Source: Phoronis australis (Eukaryota > Animalia > Phoronida). Taken from it: a stretch of 64,000 nt of DNA. The translations under genes and the position numbers were made by a program. Below the pieces are notes generated by a model. That model saw nothing but the letters and a program-made list of their open reading frames with translations. It ran no database searches and was not told the DNA's origin. Below, in pieces: positions 38,121-51,540 of the stretch; the first letter of the stretch is position 1; each line of letters begins with the position of its first letter. The stretch covers positions 423,366 to 487,365 of the forward strand of contig NMRA01000317.1 in the NCBI GenBank assembly GCA_002633005.1. Direction: 5' to 3'.

Positions 38121-40080
38121 CACGGCCAGATTAACTACATTAATTCGCAGCCGACAATTCAACGAGGCGGAACCGGAAGGGCTCCCACCAAACACAGTCG
38201 TACGAATAACACTGCAATGGCGTGATTGCCTCTTCTGTCACAGAAAATGAGGTAAACTTACACTACGAACGGGTAGTAGAAAACAAAAACAGTAAACACA
38301 GTGCTAATAAGATTCCCAGTTACTATGGCGTTAACAAAGTACAAAGTAAAATCAGTCATAAAGCCAATCGTCCGTTTGCCAATGAGGTTTGTGGCGCTGC
38401 CTTTGCGATCTTCTCTGGGCCTCTGGATTAGCAGGGAAGACGGGGGTTCAACAGCAGGCGTTGTCGTAGAACCAGACTGGCGGGATGCATCAGGAGGAGG
38501 AACGCTGTTGGATGGCACAGCTGGGGCGGCAATTGGGCCACATGAAGATAGTACACCGTCGTTGCACCATGGAGCTGGATCGCAGGACGAGGGCAACGAT
38601 GAAACGGAGATTGGAACAGCGGAAGACGTTGGGAACTCGTCGTCGTCATTGTGGCCACAAGGGGCAGTGACAGGTGATGCAGCTGGAATGTCAGTAATCC
38701 CTGACGGAACACGGTAACACTCGCTGCGTTTGACACGGTAAGAAGCATTACCTAACTGATCTCCAGAAAATTTTCGAACACTCAGCCACATGCCATCGGA
38801 AGCAACCACGAGGTATCGTGGACGGGCTCTGGTCTTGTCCCTATCAGAGTAGAGGTAAACGAGATCGCCGATGGATGCGTCGCATTCTACTGCCTGGTTG
38901 GCCAAAGGAGCCTTGGATCATGTACTGGGTCCATGGTTGATGAAGCGCCGTTGTCGTTGGGAAGAGATCAACAAGTTGTCATGAACTCGCATGGGAGCCA
39001 AGTAACCTGACGGGATTTCAGTTTCGCACTGAAGAAGCAGCAGACACGTGGCGTGTCCTCACGAGAGAGATATACTGTACCAGCGATGCCCGGGTCTTTA
39101 GCGGAGGCATCCATGACTATCCACAGCTGATCGTCCGGTCTGGGTAAAGTTTTATGCGTGGACAATGCCTTTTGGGCTGACGTGAAGGCAACATGTAACT
39201 CATCGGTCCAGGTAATGCGTTCTTTGGAATCGCATCCCAATATAGCGGAGTCCACTGGGGCGATGAAAGAAGCACAGTAAGGCAGGACTCTCGATATAGC
39301 TTTCACGGCTCCGATGAAGGATCTCATTTGCCGAACAGTACCAGGTTTGGGACAAGACTAGAGAGCTAGCTCGTAAAGTACCCATTTTCCAAATCCAGCC
39401 GAGGACTTCTGTGCGTCGTGGGGCTATCACTGTCTTTGTAGGAGATAGACGGAGATCCGCCGTGGACAATGCATATAGCACCCATTTCCAGTTGGTAATC
39501 AAGTCTGTGATAGTCTTACCACCACAGTATAGGTCGTCAGCAAGCTTGGTGACGGCTCCTTCTTCCAAAAGCTCTCCCAATACACGACACGTCAATTCTT
39601 CCAAAGCGGTTTCCGAACCGGGCATACCCATGGCGCAACGTGTAGACACGGATACCTCGGAAAGGTGTGGATACGCCACAATATTTCATGGACTCTCGTG
39701 ACAAAGGAATTTGATAGAAGGCAGAACGCCGCTGCGATTCAGGGGTGTCGTCGGGGTCGTCGGTCATACCACGCAGTGGAGCAGCGGATGTATTTTTTTT
39801 AGCCAACTAACGCCGTCGACAAGAAATGGCGCAAAGTGAGGGTCCAATGAAAGGATGTAATAAATTTTGCCTCCAGCTATCAAATGAAGTAATGGTCTCA
39901 TTTTTAGTGAGCGGCCACTGTTTTGGAGCTCAGGTTTTAGCCATGTCGCTGCCACCACGCCAGATTAACTAGACAATGAGTTGTAAGTTTAACGAGTTTA
40001 ATTCGCAGCCGACAATACAACCAGGCGGAACCGGAAGGGCTTCCACCAAACACAGTCATACGAATAACACTGCAATGGCG
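38121..40080 (-). mobile_element. Internally deleted Gypsy-like LTR retrotransposon (~1.96 kb)
   Basis: Direct terminal repeats at 38121-38222 and ~39956-40080. PBS-like TGGTGGCAGCG lies next to the 5' LTR on the minus strand. Fused fragments of gag (APKQWPLTKNETITSFDSWRQNLL/YILSLDPHFAPFL), RT (SAFYQIPL...MGMPGSE...[10 protein letters not shown]), RNase H (LWIVMDAS...FFSAKL..RQ.TWLPCE) and integrase C-terminus (IGDLVYLYSDRDKTRARPRYLVV). Confidence 0.88.
38968..39725 (-). pseudogene. Reverse transcriptase-RNase H fragment (frameshifted) of the LTR element
   Basis: Three overlapping minus-strand ORFs (39537-39806, 39200-39679, 38968-39327) give consecutive RT and RNase H motifs, broken by frameshifts. 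Confidence 0.85.
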
Positions 40081-43000
40081 AACGTTATATTATTCTTGCA
40101 CATTACTTGCACCAATCATACGCAACCCTTTTACGACCGTACACAAATGTACACCATACGCAAATGTAAACCCGATGCAAATGTAAATTTACGTGCAGTT
40201 CGTATGACGAAACAGAAAACCGATATTTGCGCCTATACATTTCGAAGGCAAGAAGCGATACAAGCAATAAAGAGAAGACTCGGCTACTTTAATTGGCTTG
40301 AAACTGGGTAGCTCCGGCACTCGGGTACCCAGCCCCCGCGGGATTGCTCTTGGAACTGTCTCGCAAACGATAAGTACAGATCAAGAAAGATCGATAAGCT
40401 TGTGTCAGAACACAGTTAATAAAAATTTCGAAGATGAAGAACGGTACGTTTGAAATTTGTCAAATGACAAATGTCCTTTCTGAGGCACCCCTACCCGTTT
40501 TGTGAAGAAATGATCCAGCGTATTACAAACGAAGAAGACGATCTACCTTTCAGAAAGCCGTTTAAGACAAGTCATAACATGAAAATACAGGACTCGGCAG
40601 CAGCACTGTAGGTACCCTTTTCCAAAACAACAGTTTCATGTTTGCAAGATGTAGTAAAATTAGCAGTCACAGTCGCAGTATTTCCAAAAGGCAATCATTT
40701 GAACAATAAACTTGGAATATCCCAATTACGCCGATGGTATCAGTAGAACTTACACACAAACTTTTGCACCCAAAATATTGTTTGCGTTTTTATATAAACA
40801 AAATGGGTTTCCATATTCAACTATTTTTATTTAGTGTGTGATTACTGATACTGATTATTTCGTTTCGGCGTTTGCCAATGTAGGGGGCTTATCTACAGCG
40901 GTGGCATTGTTCTTCAAATGCATTGTAAGACGACTGTAGGTTCGCATGCATTGGTTGACGTCACAGATAACTTAGGGACGTGTAACTGGGATAGCGTCCG
41001 TTGACCAATGAAGCTTCTTGCGAGGAAAGCAAGATCTTGTAAGACCTCATAAAATCACATGATTGAAAAGCGAGTGTTTGCAAATGTGCTCGGGAGTTTA
41101 CTAGCCTATCGTAGCTATATGGTGGCAACTGGAGTGATTGGTCGGTGAGGTTTAACGGATGAATTGTGGGATTGGACTCACGGTTGAGTGAAGAATTTCC
41201 CGTAAGTGCACGCTAATTTCTAATATATAATTTGCCTCAAGAAAGGATTTGCTGATTTATGTATTCATTCGATGCATTTTATGTGATGGTTTCTTAGTTG
41301 TCCTTTCATCAAAAGCATGCAGTTGTGGACCCGTGCTTTCAGCTTTGCTGCGCTCAAAATCACGAATTCTTTTCTTCTGTCATATTGTTTTCCCGTCACC
41401 AAGTTACCTCCGATGCCAACTGTTGCGTACGAGCCAACCACCCTTTCCCCAATGCATTTGGGAAATGACAGCAGCTATGTAGATGAAATAAAACTATAGT
41501 ACATGGAACGCCAACTAGACATTCTCAATGCACAAAATCTGTGATCCTACGCACAAGTCACAACGTCACTATTCACTAGCGGCGTCCGGTGTGATATTTG
41601 ATTTTACTTCCGGCAACTACGTCGCCAGCGCACCATGTTTTTTTGTTATGTGTTCGGTTGCTCCGACACACAACACAGATGTCTCGTTGTCGAAAAACCG
41701 ATAGTAGCCATTGGCGACACCCAAGTTTAAATTTTTAACCGATCGTGAAACATTTCAAAATCTTTAAATAAAATTATCATCCAAATTTTACCGGTCTGCT
41801 CGGATTTAACAACATTTACATATCCCACCGAACGTTTTCTTTCCAGTGAGCGCAAAAGTGACGGTACCATAGCTCGGTTTTCAAAAACGTCGAATGAGAT
41901 GACTAAAACTAGAATTGAACGGAGTTTTTGCATTGTTATACAACGAAAGAGCCATGATCTTTGATGCGGATACAAAATCTGTTAAAACCTAGTGTGCCTT
42001 GCATTTACGAACGATAATAGCGGAAACATTTAAGTGCGATGTATTCGGAAAAATGCCAATGAAATGCCATTAATCTCAGATTGAAGTTTGCTGAGCAGGA
42101 GCGTACACTTGTTCATTCACTGGTCACCGCTAAACATCACTGCTTGTCATCTAGCTAGCGTTGACAATGTGTGTCATCATGAAGGTGAGGGCGGCCTCTA
42201 GTGGGAGTGAGTGAGGCAGCAAAGAACAAGCGAGTGAAAGAACGTCCTTAAAGTGAAAACTGCTTCAGGAATTGAGTTTTCTTCCCAACTTGTCACTTCG
42301 TTCGTGAACTTGTCATTCAAAAAAATCGCGAACTTGCCATTTTTGTTGTGATTGCATCACTGCGCATGTCTATGGCTTGCACATTTTAAAATCACAACGA
42401 GGTTGAACTACGCGCTCCACTGGTGACCCGCCAGTATCACTGGTGTTCGAGACGTGGCCGCCAAGATCGCTGCTCTCCTACCGGGGCCATCTCTAATCAT
42501 AATAATAATTGAAAACGTATTCATTTCGTTGCACCATGTTAGTTTTATGTTTGGTTGACTTAACAAATATTTCTCGTTTATTAATTTTCTTATGTCGGCG
42601 TCAGTGAACTTTTTTCTGGGCTCTGTTTTCCTTCATGTGTCATTTTGATGTCCTTTACATACCTATGAAGTAAGAAAGAAAAGTAAGAGACTCACCCACC
42701 CAATTTTTCAGCTGTTTTAGCTCATTCAGCGCCACATAAGTTGGTTAAACACACATTCTTGTCGATGACGTCCTACATTATCTTAAGACGCTAATTAAAA
42801 ACGAATGATTGTACTCAACGAAAAGATATAGCTCAACTTACTTTCCGTGTGTTTTTACACTGTCGTTTACACAAGGTAACATTTCGCGAGGTTACTGAGC
42901 CCATCACCATGAAATTTAAGAAGTCATTCATTCTTCATAACATCAAAGTGTTCAAGAGTAACAGTCGACCAACCCGATTCATTTAGTACCTTATTGAGTT

Positions 43001-43581
43001 TTCTGGTTAGACTGAATCCAATACTCTCAAAATGATTCGGTGTTCACAATAATAAGTAAAACGATTAGACACAAAAATACCACACCCATAATTTCCGTTT
43101 CAAAATCGTTTCACAGCAACGGAATTTCCAAACGTCAAATAATGGCATGGCATCAAACGACAATGCTTGAGCTTTAATTATCAACAGGAAAGGAGAGACA
43201 ATGAAGATTTCACGTTTGTCAGCAACGCATGCGGTGCCTTGTGGCTATGAGGAAATACTTGATCCTTTTAATCAGCCTATAAATTGCATGCCGTTTCTCT
43301 AGTTGAGCCTGAAATTACCTGTTATAGCTGACAAACACATTAACTTCACTTGTTTAATACTTCACTTACAGTTGAATTGCTTGTTAATTCATTTGCAGAA
43401 ACATTATCAAGTACGAATTAAACATGAACAATACTAACGGATATAGGTTGTTGGTTGTCCAATAAATACAATGGCCAAAACAAGGATCACTTTTTGATAA
43501 CGAAATTTTTTACTTAAGATAAGACTGCACCCGGCAAGCCAGATTAAGACGTGTTAATGTCAATTTCGTTTCTCTAAACCA

Positions 43582-44378
43582 GTCTGATGGGTCCCGATTT
43601 GTTACAAGTGTAAAAATACGGACCGTTGTCATAGAATCGATAACTGACGTAACCCCGAAGGGGGGGGGTACTCCTCTGTCAGTTTGGGGGTATTCGCAAG
43701 GCCAAATGGAGGTACTTCCTAATCTAGCTCGGAGGGATTCTCCCACAGGCAGTTCGAAGTGTTCTCCCAAGGTCACTGTGCGGGTAGTCCCACGTGCAGC
43801 TAGGAGAGGTACTTCCACAGCCGGTGTGTACTCTCATATACTGTCATCTCCTGTGGTATTCCCAAGAGCAGTTTCACGGTGATATCGGACCCAGCTTGAA
43901 GAGGATGCTCTCACAACTTACTCGGGGGGAGGGGGGGGGCTGCTCCTATAGCCAGCTCGTGTAGTAAGATACTCACAAGACCAACCCGAGGTTTACTTCA
44001 ATATCCAGCATGGAATGATGCGTGGCATAACCAGCTCGGGGGTAATTCACAGATCCAGCTTGGAAAGACGTTTTTGCATTCAATGTAAGATTCAAAAAAC
44101 CAGTAACTACAATAGGATCATAAAGATAGGCTCATCAATTTGGCTGCTCCTTTGTTATGAACTCATTAGTTTTTTCAATAATCTTAGAGAGCACCAATAT
44201 TGGCTGGGTTTGTAAATTTTATTGCCAAATGGATGTCTCAGCCGGTTTTTGTCAGTCCACTCTGGCTATGGGAGCTCCTTCGAACCGTAACAATTTTTCT
44301 GGTTTCATTACAAATTTGGGCTCCCAATCCTAGGCTCCGATTCATTACAAAATTGTAACAAATTGGGCTACATCGGAC
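43582..44378. mobile_element. TIR-bounded non-autonomous DNA element (~800 bp)
   Basis: gtctgatgggtcccgatttgttacaa versus the reverse complement of ttgtaacaaattgggctacatcggac (imperfect 26-bp IR). The interior is G-rich. Confidence 0.5.
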
Positions 44379-46826
44379 CATGAATGAAACGGGTCACTGT
44401 ATTAAATGGACATCCAACACCAGACCCATTAAAATAAATTACAAAAAATCACGAATAAATGTTTTCGTTGAAATTCCTAATTTAGGACTATTTTTACGAT
44501 AAATTTCCGTGTCACACCCTTTCAAATTTTTTCTAAAATTTTGGAAATTTGAATCTAATCAACATGTCGTCTTGATTTAGGACCAAATGTGTCTTTTTAC
44601 CACACGGCAGACGGATAATTTACATAACATGGGATTTGTGAAACACATTGACGATCGGTTTGCGAACCTTAGTGGCTTTCATCTGAACTTTTTATTTAAC
44701 AAGTTTTGTTGAATTTTGATTTAATCCGCTAATTTTATTTTTTCGTGAAAAAACACAACATGAAATTTCCAAGAGACAGTAATGATCGTCCCGGCCATTT
44801 ACTTGGGTACTCAGGTGTACTTCGCTGTCTCAGGTGTCACCTCAGTCGGAACACCTCGGATATTTCCGTAGTCTCGGACTTCGTGCATTCGGTAGCTGTC
44901 GAATTGGAGAATGATTGTCCGTAGGACTGAAGTTCGCACGTGCGCATAAAACGTTCACCTCCGAGGAGAAATTCGAGGTTTCAAAAGTGTCCGAGGTGTC
45001 CCGGGTCGTGTTGGAGGTGCTACATATCTAGCGTGTGTGCCAACTTAAATCTAACACCAAATCACGTGACTTTCAAAATAGAAAAAGCCGTCAAATGCCT
45101 CGGTGCTGTGATATCCTTGTAAAAAGCTGTGTCAGAATAAATATTTATTATGTAATTAGTAGCGTTAGTTCCATTGAAGTTGTCCAAAATGTGTGCACAT
45201 GTTGTTTTAAAACCAAGGGGTTGTTAACATTCGCTTTGTTTTAATTATGAATGAAAATCCCACAAGCGCCGACATGAAACATCCCCAAAGAACAATTTGA
45301 GGCTTGAAGATACCCGAGGTGTTTCGGATGCTCAAATTCTAGAGGAATAATTTGAGGCTACGAAAAGAGCCAAGCTCTTCCGAATTACCCTGGTATAGCA
45401 TTGGTATGGATTTTGAATGTGGCGCAGAACACTCTCTAGTGAGTAATCATTCTAGCCTGATGTCGACAGTAATAAGCAGCCCATGTTGTTGGCATTTTCT
45501 TTGCTACCGATCGCGCACAGACAGGACACACTAACTAACGGCAGTCATCCGGTAAATATTTCTAGAAGTTAATTAGTGAAAATGGCAGTACTCGGCAGTC
45601 ATATGAACACTCATTTTATATTCTTCACGAAAAAATGCAAATTCTTAGGAAATGGGCTGTAAACGTGTTTTGGTGAATACATTTAGGGTTATCTACGTAA
45701 TGCGATTAATTACAGATAAGTATTCCAAGAGACGTATGGTTAATAAAACCACTAAAATCCTAACAAGTAGGCAAATCAAACAAATGCATTATACCGAAAA
45801 ATAGTTAAAGAGTTTTGAAAAATCCTTTAACAAGCTTTTCTTAAATAAATACAGTTTCCACTGTCAATCCAGTTTCGAAGGGCCATCATCGACGCGTTAT
45901 CCGTAAAACAAAATTTTATACCGATTGTCCCAAAGACTGGCTCATGTTACGTTTTCTCTGAACAGAGGCGAGTTAACACTCCCAATTTACCACGTTTGCA
46001 TTATTACAGAGGGGAGGAAAATGAGCCCCTGGGCGGCATTCTTCGTTTAGTAAACCGTCGCTGTCGTTTTCCTTGTTTAAAGAGGACCATCTTTGCCTCT
46101 GAAAGAGCGCATAACGTCGCTTTAAATACAAAATATTGTAAAGTATAATACGCAGAAGAAAGCAGTGAATGTTGCATCACAGCCGATATTTTTCATGGCA
46201 ATTTCGTTTTTCGAAAATGTTATGTTGCGTCATAGATTATAGACAACAGATTCGCAACTCCGACATTTTCTTCCGTGCTATCCAAGAGGAGATGTCACTC
46301 TCCTAAATTACCTGGTGCAGTTTAATGTTAGTGTAGTGACGGGAAATTCTCGCATCTAATTTACTGTCCGCTACAACGAAAGCAAAATAATACTTACGGC
46401 ATTGAAACGATGTTCAAAATCTTAAAATAGTAGAACTGTTAGTATCGTGAGTACTTTTAGCAATGCTGCTACCACCCGACCACACAACATCCGGCCAAGA
46501 TTAGCAGACAACGTACTTGCTGGAAATAACACCAAATAATTGGGCCAGGTGTCGTTGTGAATAATGACGTAACGATGTGCTGATGAGCACAGATTTCGTC
46601 CATTGAAAGCATACGAAGTTGGCAGTCCATGTACTATAATCTATGGTTGCATGTAATCTTGCATAGACTATCGTTTTTTGCATTATTGCCAATGAAGGTA
46701 TCTATTACCGGGTCACTGTTCTCATCGCTATTTTCAATCTGCAAAAATGTAAGAGAATACAAACTATGAACTAATTGACTGTTTTAACGAAATACAAGTA
46801 CCTGCTACTAAACACACAACTTTTAA

Positions 46827-47029
46827 AGCTGCATTAGCCTGCAAGTTTAAGATTGACATACTCCAATAAACATTAAAGTAATTTCTTGAGTCGTTGATGG
46901 TTTCAATGTACTTTGTGATTGAAATAGAATCCTTTCGCGGTAAAGAATATTATGAGACCGAATTCAAGAGAGTAAAAGGCTTTATTCAGATTTTCATTTT
47001 TACCCAGCTTAACACGGAGAAATGCACCT
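46827..47029. mobile_element. Small Kolobok-type MITE
   Basis: TTAA|agctgcatt ... aatgcacct|TTAA. The TIR is short, so support is modest. Confidence 0.4.
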
Positions 47030-49375
47030 TTAACTGTTGCTCCGCTTTTCTGCAGTAGCTGATAGCTAATTAGTTCATACTGTGGGTCGGCACTTTAAGC
47101 ACTCGCCGCCGGACGGAGACACTAAAGCCATGTATGTCCTGCACAAGTCGAAAATCAAGCTTGGTTATGAACAAGAGTGACAGACCAACACTATACCCAC
47201 AGCACCATCGCTTCGTAAAGCCACACGCTGCGCTACTTCAGAGGCCAAATCCAAACTAAAAAATAATGACAACGTGGAAACAATCGCTAGACCTCCCTTT
47301 ATTCCTAATGACAAGTGTGTTAAATTTTGAGTGTTTTATTGAAAAGCTCCAAAAAGATTCTTCCCACTGAATAAAACTGATGTCGCTCTATAATACTCCG
47401 TGTTACTACCGTAAGACTTTTACTCTAGAGAAACCACACAGAGACACTAATAGCACTCTATACAAGTAATAACCTCAATAAAAATGTTTGATATTGTTCA
47501 ACACCAGGAACACTGCGTGTGATAATGTGACGTCATTACTGCTACTCAGTGTTAACTTTATGCAACTAAGCCAAGGTGTAGACTTGGACTTTGGTCTCAA
47601 CTTGTATATCTTGATCATATTAGAACCATGCGGCACTCCTAGTATATTGAAACGAATTGAAATGTTGCTGTTAACTATAGATCTGTAAGTCCAGCTCTCA
47701 ATTTCATTCCCAAATGCTTTTTTCTAGAGATTTGCCCCCCCCCGGCTCTTCGGATCTTCGCTCCTTTTGTCACAAGCATTCAGTAGATTAGCCCTTGACT
47801 TTTTCACGGTTTTTGACTTTACTTACGCCCCTCCCCGTAACCCATTTTCACGGTGCCCAGCAATGAAACAGCTGATAAGGTCACCGCTTGAAGTCTTTGT
47901 TAGGAATCTGCGATTTAGAATAAAGCAACAAGAACACAAAAGATATTTCACGTAGCTCTGGTCAAAGAGGTCAACTCTAGTGAAATAGACCCCAAAGTGA
48001 CTTTTTCGCTTTCAACACTATAATTGACTTTTGATATAGGCATTTGCAGTATGAAATAGGTTTTAATTTTCCTTAGTCGAAGAAGATTTGATTTATGTGC
48101 TCAATAAAACTGAAAGTTCGAAATTGTTTAAAACCAGGGTCTACAAGATGGCTTGTCGCGGCATGGGTCTCAAGCTATAATCTAGTGTCAGTGGTTTCAA
48201 ACCCCCCAGAACCATTTTCCATATAAGTTAGCAACAAACTTTGATAGTTTCGTAAAGCCGTGAGTGGTCGAAATCAAAAGTTATTTTTTGAGGTAGCGCG
48301 AGCTTAAGCCGCTTGAAAGCTTCTTACAATAATTGTTTACCAAGAGCGCTTTTAAGGAAATGAAAGTAATTACATTTTTGATGGAAATTAATTCAAGAAG
48401 GATAACGCTTCTTAATTCCAAAGAAACTTTTTTGCACGCGGGTTAGCGATGGGTAGTCTTTCATGTCTACTCAAAAGAATGTCAGCTCATTTAGATCACG
48501 CTACTGATTTGAGATTAAAATTAGCGAACGCCGGGGCCAGCATTTGCACGTGGCAAGAGTTTTAATCCCATCTATCTAATCCATAGATGTGTACGCCCTG
48601 ATGTCGTTGACCTCCACGCAAACTAAGTGATTTTCCAACTATGAAAATTGCTTAAAAGTTCTTAAGTGATAACATGCAGATTCGAAAGAATCGTGGTTCA
48701 AATATGGACAGAAATTCACAGCAGCTAGACCGCAGAGTAAAGACATGGATGGCCGTGGTATTGATAGACTTCTTAGCGGCCTTTGATATTACTGGTCACA
48801 TGACTCTTATCTTTTAACTAATTGAAAAAAAATTGTGGTTTGCTCTTAGGTATAGCCATTCACTATTTATTCAATGTGGCGAATAAGCTATTGTTAAGCT
48901 TCTTGATAAACTTTTGCAACTCGCAACACCGTTATACCAAACGACTTTCAATACGCCCACGGTAGTCAGATTCATTTTCCATCATCGCGACACATTTCAC
49001 AGATTTATTCAATATCTAATCAGCCACTGACGAGCAGACCGTTTTCAGTAACAATGCCTACTCACGACTGAAAATTAGTGAGTTTACGTACAAAGACAAT
49101 CGCTGACGTTGCTATATGGAAAGTGACGTGCAACGAGTATCATGAAAATGCATGGACTCGTGGAAGAAAGGCTAAGATCACTGTATACGTGCCAATGACT
49201 ACTATTGCGACGAAGGACAATGAAAGATAACCAGTCGGTCAAAATTGGTCTATAATCAAATCACCGGAGTTTTGGGGGTATCACCTCGTAATTGGCCCTT
49301 GTACGCCTATGAGGATAACACGGCACGCATTATGTACAAAGGATTGTGGGATGCCACAGTATGAATAGACAGCTG

Positions 49376-49733
49376 GCGTGCGTTCAGTAACGCTAGGACC
49401 TACGCTAGGACCTACGCTAGGACTTAGCTAAAATCTAGCCAAAGTCACGTGCTCTCATTTGAAATACACGGTAATTTCTCGCGTAATCTCACGAAGTCTT
49501 GCTTTTTAGCGAGGTCCTAGCCTTACTGAACGGGAGGCTGGTTTAGTAGCATATATCCAATGTCAAGTACCAGCTTACCGAGCAGACGATCGCCTACGCA
49601 ATAGTTCATCGATTTTGAATGGACGACTGGGATCCTACACAATGCAGTGCTCTGGCATGCGCACGCATCGGTTTTCGCTATCTGGGAAAGATCACATTGC
49701 CAACACACAACTAGTCTCTTTACTGAACGCACC
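49376..49733. mobile_element. MITE family A (reverse orientation) with extension to a second matching TIR
   Basis: 49381-49535 is the reverse complement of 6607-6747. The left end gtgcgttcagtaa pairs best with ttactgaacgcacc at 49720-49733, and CTG flanks both ends. It contains 3 x gctaggaccta(c). Confidence 0.6.
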
Positions 49734-50140
49734 CTGGTGACTGTTTCAGTAAAGAACTGATGACCTTTTATCGTCCTAAGTCTGATTTACACCTGCGGCA
49801 ACTAATCAGCTACGGCTTATTCTAAGCTTTTAAAAAACGGACTTAAATAAGATAATAACTTTCGAAAAAAAAATCCTGACTTCTATCTTGACTGCGAAAC
49901 ACTAACTCCGCCTTATGTTATACCACTTTGAAGTGAAACAGTCTGCAACTCAAGGATGGCCTACATCTATGAAGGCAGCTCGTCTCAAATTTACAACTTA
50001 CATTCTGCACCATAAATTGTGCACTCAACTATTTAATTCAATTTCATTATTTTAATTCAGAATGATTAGTGTTGCAAACAATAATATTCTCCAAAAGAAA
50101 ACAGAACAATATTTGATAGCTACATTATCTTGCTTGCGAT

Positions 50141-50406
50141 AGCTGTAAAAGGACGGCATGGGAACTTTTTTCTCTGTTGCTAAGTCTATGGATAGACTTA
50201 CTAACTGTAGCGATTGACTTACTATCTATATCGATAGGCTTAATATCTCTATCGATAAACTTACTATCTATATCGATAAACTTATTATCTCTGTCGATAG
50301 ACTTACTAACTCTATCGAGGGAATTAGTGAGTATATCGATAGAGTTAATAAGTCTGTCAATAGAGATAGCAACGTGAAAAAGTTGCAGTGCCGTCCTTTT
50401 ACAACC
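50141..50406. mobile_element. TIR element carrying a 21-bp minisatellite
   Basis: tgtaaaaggacggca...aacttttt / aaaaagtt...tgccgtccttttaca inverted ends. Interior has about 8-9 diverged units like tcgata(g/a)acttactatctata. Confidence 0.8.
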
Positions 50407-50529
50407 ACCGTACTTGCTGACCATCATTTCTGAGATAACAAATTTTAAATATAATATACCATTAATCCTCAAATTCCTCACGTTACTGTCTTAAACCTTT
50501 GTATATTTGATTATACATTACATCGTGTG

Positions 50530-50881
50530 TAGAGAGAGAGAGAGAGAGAGNNNNNNNNNNNNNNNNNNNNNNNNNNNNNNNNNNNNNNNNNNNNNNNNNN
50601 NNNNNNNNNNNNNNNNNNNNNNNNNNNNNNNNNNNNNNNNNNNNNNNNNNNNNNNNNNNNNNNNNNNNNNNNNNNNNNNNNNNNNNNNNNNNNNNNNNNN
50701 NNNNNNNNNNNNNNNNNNNNNNNNNNNNNNNNNNNNNNNNNNNNNNNNNNNNNNNNNNNNNNNNNNNNNNNNNNNNNNNNNNNNNNNNNNNNNNNNNNNN
50801 NNNNNNNNNNNNNNNNNNNNNNNNNNNNNNNNNNNNNNNNNNNNNNNNNNNNNNNAGAGAGAGAGAGAGAGAGAGAGAGAG
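50530..50881. repeat. (GA)n microsatellite spanning an assembly gap (N 50551-50855)
   Basis: Directly visible. Confidence 0.95.
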
Positions 50882-50919
50882 TATGGATTAAGAATTGTAA
50901 ATAATACCTAGTGCCAATA

Positions 50920-51540
50920 AAGACATGCATTTCTTGACTTTTGGCGTACCCCACATGTTTGCGTAATTTTTGTTTCCACCAGATGAATATGTTCTGATCA
51001 AGATAAAGAGTCGTCAAATGTTATTCCGTCCAAAAACGTAAATGTTTTAATGGAAATTATGTTTTTACAGTTTATAATAAGCTTAGGAGCTTAGGAACCT
51101 TTTTATGGAATACCATGTATTTAGTTTTGGTGATATTTAATGGCTTGTTGATTGATAACCATGTGAATATGATTGATAGTTTTCTATTTATTTCGGTTTT
51201 CCTTGTGTTTTAGTTTTGTAGACTAAGGTGTACATAAAAGACAGGTGTCATCAGCATACATAAGGATCTCAAGAGAATTAGATTTGTGGAGATCGTTTAA
51301 GTGAAAAAGAAAATGGAAGGACCAAAATTGATCCTTGGGGTACAACTGCGATGATTTTTTGGGAAGAGAAATTGTCAAATTAAACACTTTGCTGTCGATT
51401 GGTTAAATAATTTTGAAGTGTAAGTGCTCATTATACCGTGAATTTCGTCTTGCAAGAAACCATTGTCCATTGTGTTAAAGGCTTTTGAAAGGTCCAAAAA
51501 GATGGTTATTGGGTTTATCCCGTTGTCCATACATCTGTTA
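50920..51540 (-). mobile_element. Decayed CR1/L2-group LINE reverse transcriptase fragment
   Basis: Minus strand reads, with frameshifts, IFLDLSKAFNT, NYLTNRQQ, VPQGSIL, LMYADDTC and W.SINK..LNITKTKYMVFH. Not in the ORF track. Confidence 0.85.

Noticed and set aside
38301-38748. Overlapping ORFs on both strands (138, 106 and 61 aa)
   Set aside because: Alternative frames of the GC-rich low-complexity tail of the LTR element's pol region.
48843-48890. ttag|GTAT... as candidate receptor exon 2
   Set aside because: Hits a stop after about 11 codons and lacks TM4. The real exon is at 28144-28249.
50168-50365. CRISPR-like array
   Set aside because: Units are contiguous tandem repeats without unique spacers, the context is eukaryotic, and no cas genes are present.
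50125-50481. ORFs with heptad-like SIDR/LLS repeats (coiled-coil or leucine-zipper look)
   Set aside because: Translation artefact of the 21-bp minisatellite.
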